Assembly: GCA_963775425.1 (NCBI GenBank)
Contig: CAVZJB010000016.1
Location: forward strand, 320,001 to 384,000
Origin: an uncultured delta proteobacterium
GTDB lineage: Bacteria; Myxococcota; UBA727; VGSZ01
Length of the DNA: 64,000 nt
Direction: 5' to 3'
Shown here one piece after another: positions 35,085-44,606 of this stretch. Under the pieces are notes generated by a model. That model had not been told where the DNA came from. It searched no databases and saw only the letters and a list, made by a program, of their open reading frames with translations. Numbering within the stretch: the stretch's first letter is position 1; the number at the start of each line of letters is the position of its first letter. The translations under genes and the position numbers were made by a program.

Positions 35085-38000
35085 GTGTTGCGCTTCGCCC
35101 GGCTCGCTCCCCTTGCTCTGCCGCTCGTGTTCTCCGCCTGCAACTGTGACGAGGTGCTCGGCCAGCTCCCCGCGCCCCTCGCGGTGCTCGCGCACGGCGC
35201 CGACGAGACCCCGCCGCTCGACATCGTCCAGGTCGGCCTCGATCCCACGCCGCTGGCCACCACCGCCACCGTGGACCTCGACCTGCGAAACGACGGCAAC
35301 GCCGACCTCGTCGTCTCCGACGTCGTCTTCGGCAGCGACCCGGACCTCTGCCCCGCGCCGTCGGGCGCCTTCACCATCGAGGACCCGCAGGGCCCCGCGC
35401 CGCGCACCTTCACGCTCAAAAAGACCACCAGGCGCACGCTCACCGTCGGCTTCACCCCCACCTCGGGCGCCCCCGGCTGCACCGTCGTCGAGGTCCACAG
35501 CAACGACCCGGCGAGCCCCGTCCTGCGCGCGGTCATCACCGGCCAGGGTGACGCCCCGCAGTTGTGCACCGATCGCGGCATCATCGACTTCGGCGAGGTC
35601 TTCGTCGGCGATCACAAGGACGACACCGTCCACCTCACCTCGTGCGGCACGCGCCCCATCACCATCACCGGCGCCACCCTCAACGAGCAGTTCCCCGATC
35701 CCTTCACCGCCGCGGCCGTCGCCACCGGCGCGCCGCTCGCGCCCGGCGACGCCATCGACATCCCCGTCACCTTCGCGCCGCTCGTCGAGGGCACCTGGTC
35801 CATCAACAACGGCACCTCCGGGACCATCTCGCTCACCACGGACGCGCCGCAGGCCGCGGACTATCGCGTCGACCTCGTCGGCACCGCCCGCCGTCCGCCC
35901 TCGTGCGAGATCCAGGTGGTCCCCGACGTCGTCCAGTTCGGCAACATCGGCCAGGACCGCACGTCGACGCAGTCGGTGTTCGTGCGCAACATCGGTGAGC
36001 TCGCCTGCACGTTCACGTCGGCGGACATCCGCGAGCCCGCGGGCTCGTTCACGCGCAACCTCGTCAGCCTCGCGGGCGGCGACGTGCTGCAGCCGCAGCA
36101 GTCGGGTCAGGTCGACGTCACCTTCGCGCCCACCGCGGTGAACGGCGTGGAGAACGGCTTCCTCGACGTCGTCACCGACGACCCCGTCAACCCCGCCATC
36201 GCCGTGCCCCTCGAGGGCACCAGCGTCGAGGTCACGCCCTGCTTCCTCGAGGCGCAGCCCACCGCGCTGAACTTCGGCGTGCAGCCCATCCTCCACTCCG
36301 TCGAGCGCACCGTCACGCTCACCAACGTCGGCACCGACAGCTGCATCCTCAAGCACGCGCAGCTCGCCGCCGGCGCCCCCGACTTCACCGTGCTCGAGCC
36401 CGCGCTGCCCATCACCCCCGTGCCCTCGGGCTCGAGCGTCGGCGTCGTCGCCACGTTCCGCCCGCAGAGCGCGGGCAGCAAGACGGGCACCGCGCGCATC
36501 ACCTACAAGCTCTTCGGCTTCGGAAACCCGGACCAGACCCTCGACGTGCCGCTCTCCGGCCAGGCGCAGGCGCCGTGCATCTCGGTCACGCCGCAGGACA
36601 TCGACTACGGCACCGTCGCCGCCGGCGCCACCGCCGACCGCGACGTCACCGTGCGCAACTGCGGCGGCGTCGACCTCTCCATCCGCGGCGTCTCGCTGCG
36701 CACGGGGTCCGACCCGGGCTTCGCCGTCAGCGCGGCGCCGGCCGTGCCGACGGTCATCGCGGCGGGCGCGGCGGAGACGGTGACGGTGCGCGCTGCGCCG
36801 CAGGCCGCGGGCGCGATGTTCGGCACGCTCGAGGTGCTCTCCGACGTCGATCCGCAGCTCGTGTCGCTCCGGGCCAACGCGCCCGACGGCTGCAACAACG
36901 GCCTCGTGTGCCGCCCCGACCACGTCGCCTTCGGCGAGGTCGAGGTGGACGGCTCGCTCGTCAAATCCATCATCTGCGTGAACCCGTCCAACACCACGGT
37001 GACGCTGTCGCCGAGCGGCATCTCGGATCCGTTCACGGTGGTGAGCGCGCCGGCGTCGGTGCCGCCCAACGGACAGGCCGTCATCCGCGTCAAGTACGCG
37101 CCCACGGCGGCGGGCGACGACAGCGCCACCCTGAGCCTCGGCGCCAACACGTGCTCGGGCGCGCCGCTCACGGCGGGCCTGCGCGGCACCGGCGTCGACG
37201 ACGACCTGCCGCCCTGCCCCACGGCGAGCACGTTCGACCCGCAAGAGGTGTGGAACTGGGATGGCGGCACCACCGCGCCGAGCTCCAACCAGGTGTGGAC
37301 CACGGCGCTCGTGTCGCGCCTCGAGGACACCGACGGTGACGGCGCCGTCACCCGCGCCGATATGCCGCGCGTCATCTTCCTGTCCTTCGACAAGGCGGAC
37401 TCGCACCTGTTGAGCGGCGTCGGCATCGGCGGCAGCGACCAGATCAACGACCCCATCCCCGGCCTGCTGCGCGCCGTCGACGGCGCCACCGGCGCCGAGG
37501 TGTGGACCGCCGGCAACGACGACCCCGAGCACCGCTTGAACTCCTCGGTGACGCCGGCGCTCGCGGACATCGACGGCGACGGCTGCGTCGACATCATCGG
37601 CGAGAAGTACGTGCTCCTGCCCGGCGTCGAGGAGATCCCGAACGGGCCCAAGGTCCTCGGCAAGTTCGCGCGCGGCAACCTGATCGCCTTCGACTGCCAC
37701 GGCGCCTTCAAGTGGATCTCCGACGAGTGGACCCGCAGCGCCAACGAGCTCGAGGACGACGGCGGCATCGCCGTCGGCGACGTCGACGGCGACGGCTTCG
37801 CCGAGATCGCCGTGGCCGACCACCTCTACGACCACAACGGCCACCTCCTGTGGCGCGGCGGCCGCGGCATCGGCAGCGCGGGCCACGGCCCGGTGAGCGT
37901 GCTCGCCGACGTCGACGGCCAGCCCGGCCTCGAGCTGGTGGCGGGCCCGACGGTGTACCGCGCCGACGGCTCCATCCTGTGGGATCACCTCGACGACGTC

Positions 38001-38759
38001 GGCTACGACGGCCTGCCCGCGGTGGCGGACCTCGACGGCGACGGCATCAACGAGGTCGTGTTCCGCAGCGGCGAGGTGGACGTGTTCGAGGGCCCCACCG
38101 GCCAGCGGCTCGCGGGCCCGCGCTACCCGGCCACGCGCTCGTCGATGTCCGGCCCCGACTGCGACTTTCAGGCGGGCAACGATCCGAGCGCCGGCGACGA
38201 CACCGACCCCTGCAACATCATCCCCGCCAACCCGGCGCTCATGGACATCGACCACGACGGCCACCTCGACATCGCGGTCCCCGCGCAGCAGCAGCTCGAC
38301 TGCTACGACATGAACCTGAACGAGATGTGGCGCGGCACCATCTACGACGGCACGGGCGCTTCGGGCCCGATGGGCTTCGACTTCGAGGCCGACGGCTACC
38401 AAAACGTCGTGTTCGCCGACGAGAGCCACCTGTTCGGCTGGAACTCCACGGGCGGCGTCGTGTACCAGGCCGCGCGGCAGAGCGTGACGATGTACGAGTA
38501 CCCGAGCCTCGCCGACATCAACAACGACGGGCACGCCAACTTCCTCATCGGCAGCAACGACCCGTTCATCGGCGTCGCCCACGGGCTGAAGGCCTACGCC
38601 AACACCGGCACGGGGTGGGCGCAGGCGCGCGGCATCTGGAACCAGCACCCGTACATCGAGGACCTCATCAGCGAGCTCGGCACGCCCATCCCGAACACCA
38701 CGGGCGCCATGCCGTACCGCGCGGGCTTCCGCACGGCCACGCCGCAGTGCGTCCCCTGA
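35085..38759 (+). CDS. Large surface lipoprotein: six tandem choice-of-anchor-D/ASH-type Ig-like domains plus an FG-GAP-like Ca-binding beta-propeller
   Basis: Lipobox VFSA-C. Repeated domain starts IDFGEV, VQFGNI, LNFGVQ, IDYGTV, VAFGEV. About eight DxDGDG-like motifs in the C-terminal ~500 aa. Confidence 0.85.
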   Translation: MLRFARLAPLALPLVFSACNCDEVLGQLPAPLAVLAHGADETPPLDIVQVGLDPTPLATTATVDLDLRNDGNADLVVSDVVFGSDPDLCPAPSGAFTIEDPQGPAPRTFTLKKTTRRTLTVGFTPTSGAPGCTVVEVHSNDPASPVLRAVITGQGDAPQLCTDRGIIDFGEVFVGDHKDDTVHLTSCGTRPITITGATLNEQFPDPFTAAAVATGAPLAPGDAIDIPVTFAPLVEGTWSINNGTSGTISLTTDAPQAADYRVDLVGTARRPPSCEIQVVPDVVQFGNIGQDRTSTQSVFVRNIGELACTFTSADIREPAGSFTRNLVSLAGGDVLQPQQSGQVDVTFAPTAVNGVENGFLDVVTDDPVNPAIAVPLEGTSVEVTPCFLEAQPTALNFGVQPILHSVERTVTLTNVGTDSCILKHAQLAAGAPDFTVLEPALPITPVPSGSSVGVVATFRPQSAGSKTGTARITYKLFGFGNPDQTLDVPLSGQAQAPCISVTPQDIDYGTVAAGATADRDVTVRNCGGVDLSIRGVSLRTGSDPGFAVSAAPAVPTVIAAGAAETVTVRAAPQAAGAMFGTLEVLSDVDPQLVSLRANAPDGCNNGLVCRPDHVAFGEVEVDGSLVKSIICVNPSNTTVTLSPSGISDPFTVVSAPASVPPNGQAVIRVKYAPTAAGDDSATLSLGANTCSGAPLTAGLRGTGVDDDLPPCPTASTFDPQEVWNWDGGTTAPSSNQVWTTALVSRLEDTDGDGAVTRADMPRVIFLSFDKADSHLLSGVGIGGSDQINDPIPGLLRAVDGATGAEVWTAGNDDPEHRLNSSVTPALADIDGDGCVDIIGEKYVLLPGVEEIPNGPKVLGKFARGNLIAFDCHGAFKWISDEWTRSANELEDDGGIAVGDVDGDGFAEIAVADHLYDHNGHLLWRGGRGIGSAGHGPVSVLADVDGQPGLELVAGPTVYRADGSILWDHLDDVGYDGLPAVADLDGDGINEVVFRSGEVDVFEGPTGQRLAGPRYPATRSSMSGPDCDFQAGNDPSAGDDTDPCNIIPANPALMDIDHDGHLDIAVPAQQQLDCYDMNLNEMWRGTIYDGTGASGPMGFDFEADGYQNVVFADESHLFGWNSTGGVVYQAARQSVTMYEYPSLADINNDGHANFLIGSNDPFIGVAHGLKAYANTGTGWAQARGIWNQHPYIEDLISELGTPIPNTTGAMPYRAGFRTATPQCVP

Positions 38760-38829
38760 GCCGCGTGCTCTGACGCGCGTGCTCTGACCCGCGTGCTCTG
38801 ACGCGCGTGCTCTGACCCGCGTGCTCTGA
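38760..38829. repeat. Tandem repeat of 5 x 14 bp (C[G/C]CGCGTGCTCTGA)
   Basis: Units start at 38760, 38774, 38788, 38802 and 38816; G/C alternates at position 2. Confidence 0.9.
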
Positions 38830-38887
38830 AGCGGGGGCTCCGGCTGTGGCGCGGCGGCGTGTCCGTCGCCATGCTAAAGCCGAGGCC

Positions 38888-39728
38888 ATGCTGCTCGCGC
38901 TCGCGCTGACCCTCGCCGCCCAGACCGACGCCGGCCTCGCCGACGCCGGTTTCGTCGATGGGGGCCTCGTCGATGGGGGGGCGCGTGACGCCGGGCAGGT
39001 CGTTTTTCGAGGAGGCGGTGCCGTTCTCGCTGCAGGCGGTGGGGGCCGAGCAGGCCATCCTCGTCGTCACCGAGGACTGGCACTCCACCATCGGCACGCT
39101 CAAGCGCTTCGAGAAGGTCGGCAAGCGCTGGATGCAGCTCGGGCCGCCCATCGAGATCGTCGTCGGGGAAAACGGGCTCGGCTGGGGCCTCGGCCTTCAC
39201 CCGCTCGGCGTCGGCGAGCCGCGCAAGCTCGAGGGCGACGCCCGCGCGCCCGCCGGCGTGTTCGCCATCGCGTCGGCGTTCGGGCGAGGGGCGCCCGCGG
39301 TGAAGACCAAGATGCCGTGGCTGTCGTCGACGCCGTCGCTCGTGTGCGTCGACGACCCCAAGAGCGCCCGTTACAATCGCATCGTCGACGCCTCCGCCGA
39401 CGCCGACGCCGGCCCGCCCGCGCTCGGCTCCTCGGCGTTCGAGAGCGCCGAGCCCCTGCTGCGCGACGACGGCCTCTACGACGTCGCGCTCCTCGTCGAC
39501 CACAACGGCCTCGGCGACGTGAAGCGCCGCGTGATCCCGGGCCGCGGCAGTTGCGCCTTCCTCCACGTGTGGAAGCGCAAGGGCCGCGCCACCGACGGGA
39601 CCACCGCCATGGCGCGCTGGGACATCGAGAAGATCCTCGAGTGGCTCGAGCCGGACAAGCACCCCGTGCTCATCCAGCTCCCGAAGGAAGAGTGGGTCAA
39701 GCGCCGCTACCCCTGGGGCCTGCCGTAA
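38888..39728 (+). pseudogene. YkuD-type L,D-transpeptidase-like gene interrupted by a +1 frameshift near 39003-39008 (pseudogene, recoding site or sequencing error)
   Basis: The signal peptide MLLALALTLAAQTDAG (ATG 38888) is in one frame. The domain (VVGENGLGWG, KLEGDARAPAGVF, CVDDPKSARYN, GSCAFLHVW) is in the +1 frame. Confidence 0.7.
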
Positions 39729-39801
39729 TGATGCGCTGACGCGCATGAACAGCCGCGCGCTCCCCGCTCACGCTCCCGCGTCGATGACGACGGAAACGCG
39801 A

Positions 39802-39824
39802 CGGGCCGGGGATTGTCCCCCGCC
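39802..39824. repeat. Single degenerate REP-like copy related to the 20018-20156 cluster
   Basis: CGGGCCGGGGATTGTCCCCCGCC lies between convergent genes. Confidence 0.45.
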
Positions 39825-39836
39825 TTCACAGAGCCT

Positions 39837-41042
39837 TCACCGCGCGAACGCCCCCGCCTTGTCGAGGGTCTCCTGCCACTCGGCCTCGGGCTCGCTGTCG
39901 ACGACGATGCCGCCGCCCACATGCAGCGCACCCTCGCCTTGGTCAGGGCGAAGCCACGTGCGGATGAGCAGCGAGGAGCGCAGCGTGCCCCTGTCGAGGA
40001 GCGCGAGCACGCCGGTGTAGGGCCCGCGCGGGCCGTCCTCGAGGGCGCAGATGACCTCGACCGCGCTCGACTTGGGCGCGCCCGTGATGGACCCGCCCGG
40101 CGCCGTGGCCTCGAGGAGCTCGGCGAGGCCCACGTCGGGGCGCAGGCGCGCGGCCACGGTGCTCTCGAGGTGGTGCACGTTCTTCACGCTGATGACCTCG
40201 AGGAGCCGCTCGACCGTGACACCGCCGGCGACGGCGACCTTGCCGAGGTCGTTTCGCAACAGGTCCACGATCATCACGTGCTCGGCGCGGTCCTTCTCCG
40301 ACGCGCACAGCTCCGCGAGCAAGCGGCGGTCCTCCTCCCCGTGTACGCTCCGGGGGCGCGTGCCCTTGATGGGGAACGCGCGCGCCACCCGCCCCTCGCC
40401 CTCGACGTCGACGCTCACGAAGCGCTCCGGCGACAGCGACACGATCGAGCCCCAGCCGGGGACGTCCACGAGCGCGGCGCAGGGCGCGTCGCGCGCCAGG
40501 AAGAACGCGAGGCCCTCGGCGAAGGTGGCGGGCTCGACGACGAGGCGGTGGGCGAGGTTGGCCTGGTAGATGACCCCGTCGAGCAGGTGCTCCCGCGCGG
40601 CCCTCACCCGCTCCACGTGCGCGTCGTGGGCCCCGTCGCGCTGCCGGCTTCGAGGGGGCGACGCCGCCTGTGCGTCGAGGCCGAAGGTGGCCGCGAGTGA
40701 CGCGCCGGGCACGCCGCCGGCGGGTCCCTCGCCGCCGCGCGCGTCGCGCGCACGGAGCGCGCGCACGAGCACGTCGGGGCCCAGGGCCGGCGCGCGGGGC
40801 TTTCGGGGCGCGCGCGCGTCGAGGGAGACGCAGGCCTCGTACGACAGCAGCAGCAGCACGGGGCCCTTCGCGCTCTCGGCCTCGGCGAGGCGCAGCGCGT
40901 CACGGACGCGCGCGCCGTCGTCGGGGGTGCCCGAGAGGGCCAGGCGGACGTCGTCACCCGCCCCGGCGTCGCCGGCGGCCTCGTAGACACGCGGGCCGCC
41001 CAGCCGACTGCCTGTGATGACGACGAGCCCCGCTTGCCTCAT
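39837..41042 (-). CDS. pabB: Chorismate-binding enzyme (aminodeoxychorismate / anthranilate synthase component I family)
   Basis: IYQANL; SLSPERF; PIKGTRPR; SEKDRAEHVMIVDLLRNDLG; PGGSITGAPK; VGGGIVVDS..AEWQETLDK. Confidence 0.85.
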   Translation of the reverse strand: MRQAGLVVITGSRLGGPRVYEAAGDAGAGDDVRLALSGTPDDGARVRDALRLAEAESAKGPVLLLLSYEACVSLDARAPRKPRAPALGPDVLVRALRARDARGGEGPAGGVPGASLAATFGLDAQAASPPRSRQRDGAHDAHVERVRAAREHLLDGVIYQANLAHRLVVEPATFAEGLAFFLARDAPCAALVDVPGWGSIVSLSPERFVSVDVEGEGRVARAFPIKGTRPRSVHGEEDRRLLAELCASEKDRAEHVMIVDLLRNDLGKVAVAGGVTVERLLEVISVKNVHHLESTVAARLRPDVGLAELLEATAPGGSITGAPKSSAVEVICALEDGPRGPYTGVLALLDRGTLRSSLLIRTWLRPDQGEGALHVGGGIVVDSEPEAEWQETLDKAGAFAR

Positions 41043-41068
41043 GTGCTCAGCCTCATTATCCCGTCGAC

Positions 41069-43054
41069 ATGCGCGACGCTCTCATCAAATTCTCCGGCCG
41101 CGTCCTGTACCTCACCGAAGACCTCGACCTGCTCGATCGGCAGCTCCACCAGGGTGAGGTGCTCCGCTACGATCCGGCGCGCAAGCTCATCGACAACATC
41201 TCCACCGACGAGCTCACCCCGGGTTGGGTGTGCTTCTGGTACGACGAGACCCTCGGCGACTACTGCCTCGTCGGCCTCCGCGGCGGCAAGGTGCAGAAGG
41301 ACTCGATCAAGAACGCCAAGCCGTCGGTCATCGTGAGCGGGCTGTCCAAGGGCTGCGGCTCCTCGCGAGAGACGGCGCCGTACTCGGAGATGGTCGCGGG
41401 CGTGGAGCTCGTCGTCGCCAAGAACATCGAGAAGATCTACGGCCAGAACTGCCGCAACATCGGGCTTCTCACCACCACGGACTTCGGCGTCCTCGAGCGC
41501 ATCGAGAAGGGCGAGGCCATCCCGCTCGAGGAGTTCACCAAGGGGCTGAACCCCATCGAGAAGGGCATCGTCGAGCACGGCGGCCTGTTCGCCTACAACA
41601 AGGCGCGCCTCGCCGGCGAGGTGTCGCCGCCGGCGGTACAGACCGGCAAGCGCCCGATGACCCTCGTCGAGAAGATCATCGCGTCCCGCGCCATCGCCGA
41701 CGCCAAGACGGGCGCCATCGGCATCGAGGCGGTCAAGCCCGGGGACGCGCTCTTCGCCCACGCCGACGTGCGCTTCTCGCACGACTACACCACCGCCATG
41801 TGCGAGTCGCTGCTCGTGCAGGGCTTCGGCAAGGACGCCAGGGTGCGCGACGTCGACAGCGTCTTCGCCTTCCGTGATCACCTCACGTTCCGAAACAAGA
41901 TCATGTCCGACGCGGACAAGAAGAAGGGCCTCAACGTCCTCGTCGACAACCTCGCCAGCGTGCAGGAGGACTTCTGCACGCGCCAGGGCATCCGCCTGTT
42001 CGGCGAGGTGAAGAACGCCGCCGGCGAGATCGGGAGCGAGGCCATCTGTCACAACGCGGTGATGGAGGAGCTCGGCGGCCCCGGCCAGATCATCGTCGGC
42101 ACCGACAGCCACACGTGCACGGCGGGCGCGCTCGGCGCCTTCGCCTTCGGCGTCGGCAGCACCGACATGGCCAACGCGTGGTTCACCGCGGACATCCAGG
42201 TGAAGGTGCCGTCGAGCGTGAAGTACGTGCTCACCGGCAAGCCCGCCGCCGGCGTCACGGCCAAGGACGTCATGCTCTACGTGATGGCGCAGGAGTACTC
42301 CAAGAAGGGCAACTGCATCGGCAAGGTGCTCGAGTTCTCCGGGCCCGGCCTGTTGCACATGAACATGGACGAGCGCGCCACGCTCACCAACCTCGCCGTC
42401 GAGTGCGGCGCCACCACGGGCATCATCGAGGCCGACAAGGTCACCGAGGACTACCTCGTGGACTTCCGCGGCTGGAGCCGCGAGCGCGCGCAGCAGGGGC
42501 ACCTCAAGGCCGACAAGGACGCCGTCTACGACGCCACCTTCGACATCGACCTCGCGCGGGTGCCGCAGATGGTGGCGACGCCGGGCGACCCGAGGAACGG
42601 CGTGCCCGTCGCAGAGCTCGGCCGCGCGGGTCCCGCGGGCGACGTCGTCGTCGAGATCGCCTACGGCGGCTCGTGCACCGGCGGCAAGATGGCGGACATG
42701 GACATGTACGCCGACGTCCTCAAGCGCGGGCTCGATCGCGGGATGAAGGTGAAGGACGGCGTGAAGATGTTCATCCAGTTCGGCAGCCAGCGCATCAAGC
42801 GCTACGCCGTCGACAAGGGCTACCTGGACATCTTCAAGGCCGCCGGCGCCGAGGTCATCGAGCCTTCTTGCGGCGCGTGCATCAACGCCGGACCGGGCGT
42901 GTCGCGCACCAAGGACACGGTGACGGTGTCGGCGATCAACCGGAACTTCCCCGGGCGCTCCGGGCCCGGCCTCGTGTACCTGGCGTCGCCGCGCGTCGTC
43001 GCCGCGAGCGCGCTCAAGGGCACCATCACCACCCCCGAGCAGCTCTTCGCGTAG
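41069..43054 (+). CDS. Aconitase-family dehydratase: fused small (swivel) and large subunits of the isopropylmalate isomerase / homoaconitase type
   Basis: N-terminal swivel motifs DNISTDEL and GCGSSRETAP. Then MTLVEKII, GTDSHTCTAGA, YGGSCTGG, SCGAC and NRNFPGRSG, giving three Fe-S Cys. Confidence 0.88.
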   Translation: MRDALIKFSGRVLYLTEDLDLLDRQLHQGEVLRYDPARKLIDNISTDELTPGWVCFWYDETLGDYCLVGLRGGKVQKDSIKNAKPSVIVSGLSKGCGSSRETAPYSEMVAGVELVVAKNIEKIYGQNCRNIGLLTTTDFGVLERIEKGEAIPLEEFTKGLNPIEKGIVEHGGLFAYNKARLAGEVSPPAVQTGKRPMTLVEKIIASRAIADAKTGAIGIEAVKPGDALFAHADVRFSHDYTTAMCESLLVQGFGKDARVRDVDSVFAFRDHLTFRNKIMSDADKKKGLNVLVDNLASVQEDFCTRQGIRLFGEVKNAAGEIGSEAICHNAVMEELGGPGQIIVGTDSHTCTAGALGAFAFGVGSTDMANAWFTADIQVKVPSSVKYVLTGKPAAGVTAKDVMLYVMAQEYSKKGNCIGKVLEFSGPGLLHMNMDERATLTNLAVECGATTGIIEADKVTEDYLVDFRGWSRERAQQGHLKADKDAVYDATFDIDLARVPQMVATPGDPRNGVPVAELGRAGPAGDVVVEIAYGGSCTGGKMADMDMYADVLKRGLDRGMKVKDGVKMFIQFGSQRIKRYAVDKGYLDIFKAAGAEVIEPSCGACINAGPGVSRTKDTVTVSAINRNFPGRSGPGLVYLASPRVVAASALKGTITTPEQLFA

Positions 43055-43134
43055 GCGCGTCGTGGGGCGGTGGTCCCCGCGTCGCCCCGGCGATCCCCCT
43101 GGCGCGGGGCGCCGGCGCGCGTCAAGATCCGTCG

Positions 43135-43989
43135 ATGCGCGTGCTCCCCGCCCTCGCCGCCTTCTTCGGGTGCGCCGGCGTCGCCCTTGGGACGGCCGCG
43201 TGCCCCGCCGATCAGCCGTTCTTCTCGAGCGACATCGGGGTGCCCGCCGTCCCCATCGAGCCGGGCAGCGCCGCGGGCACGTTCGCGCTCAAGACGCTCA
43301 ACGTCACGCTCGTCCACCTGCCCGCCGGCCTCGGCGACCAGGAGGGGGGCGGGCAGAACTACCGCCTCGTCACCCGCACCTACGACGCCGACGCGGACGT
43401 CTACCACCAGACCAGCACCCTGTGCGGCGGCTTCAATTTCGAGGTGGCCGGCGTGACGACGTCGTGCCCCGAGTCCACATACCGCGCGGTGCCCGAGTCC
43501 AAGGAAGAGACCGTCACCATCGACGACGCCGGCCACTACACGTCCACCGGCCACATCCAGCTGTGGGGGCTGCGCGACCTCCCGGACCCGTTCACCACCG
43601 AGCTGCCCACCACGAAGGAGGACGCCGCGGTGACGCCGTGGGACGAGCGGATCTTCGACATGGACGGCGACGGGAACCCCGGCATCACCCTGTTCGTGAG
43701 CGGCCTCGTCTCCGGGCAGGTGTACGCGTTTCAGCGAAAGACCGTGGACCTCGACGGCATCACCACCTCGAGCGACCACATGATGGGCCTCGCCAAGAAC
43801 ACCAGCGAGGCGCTCACGATCGGCGCCGACAACCCCCTCGTCGACCGCCAGAGCGAGGGCTCCGCCGAGCCGCACCCCGATCCCAAGAAGAGCTACTTCG
43901 AGGAGGCGCGCCTCCCCGACGGCGCCACCTGTGACGACGTCATGAGCGCCGAGGACGACGGCGTCCTCTCCGACATCCGCCCGTTTTGA
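43135..43989 (+). CDS. Hypothetical lipoprotein with a Ca-binding-like DMDGDGNPG motif
   Basis: Signal peptide and LGTAA-C lipobox; codon usage typical for the window. Confidence 0.75.
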   Translation: MRVLPALAAFFGCAGVALGTAACPADQPFFSSDIGVPAVPIEPGSAAGTFALKTLNVTLVHLPAGLGDQEGGGQNYRLVTRTYDADADVYHQTSTLCGGFNFEVAGVTTSCPESTYRAVPESKEETVTIDDAGHYTSTGHIQLWGLRDLPDPFTTELPTTKEDAAVTPWDERIFDMDGDGNPGITLFVSGLVSGQVYAFQRKTVDLDGITTSSDHMMGLAKNTSEALTIGADNPLVDRQSEGSAEPHPDPKKSYFEEARLPDGATCDDVMSAEDDGVLSDIRPF

Positions 43990-44020
43990 GCCGCGCGCCG
44001 CGGCGACACGTCCGCAGCGC

Positions 44021-44596
44021 TCAGGGTGCGCGCGGGACCAGGGTCGCGAGCACCGCCTTCTTGCACGCGGCGCGCACCCGGCCGGCCATCTCGTTGACCT
44101 TCTTCATCGCGATGTCGCGCACGAGGCCGGTGGGGACGAACGTCCCGACGTCGACGAAGCTCTCGTAGGCGACCGCGGAGCCGCCTTTGCCGTCGGGCCG
44201 CACGGTCCAGCTCCCGCGCACGGTCTTCAGGTCGCCGCCGATGTTCTTCCAGCTCACCACGCGGTGCTCGCGGTCGACGTGGCGGCGCAGCGTGTAGCTG
44301 ACGGTGGCGAGCACGGCGTCCACGGTGAAGCGCGCGTCCACCTCGGCGTCGCGCCTGGCGAGGACGTCGAGCGAGTGGATGTCCGGGAAGATGGAGCGGA
44401 AGCGGCTCACGTCCCAGAGCGTCTCGAGGACGACGTCGGGCGGCGCGCTCACGTCGAACGTTGCGCGGAGGCCGTTGACGCCGTCGCGCGCGGTCAGGGG
44501 CACCACGCTGGGGTCCGCGCGTGGATCGGGAGCGGCGTCGGGCGCGGCGCAGGAAAGAGCAGCGCTGAGCGCGGTGACGATGAGGGCGGCGGGCAC
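44021..44596 (-). CDS. SRPBCC / START-like (polyketide cyclase) domain protein, probably exported
   Basis: FDVSAPPDVVLETLWDVSRFRSIFP...VSWKNIGGDLKTVRGSWTV; hydrophobic N-terminus with AALS-C. Confidence 0.75.
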   Translation of the reverse strand: MPAALIVTALSAALSCAAPDAAPDPRADPSVVPLTARDGVNGLRATFDVSAPPDVVLETLWDVSRFRSIFPDIHSLDVLARRDAEVDARFTVDAVLATVSYTLRRHVDREHRVVSWKNIGGDLKTVRGSWTVRPDGKGGSAVAYESFVDVGTFVPTGLVRDIAMKKVNEMAGRVRAACKKAVLATLVPRAP

Positions 44597-44606
44597 GCCC
44601 CCGATC

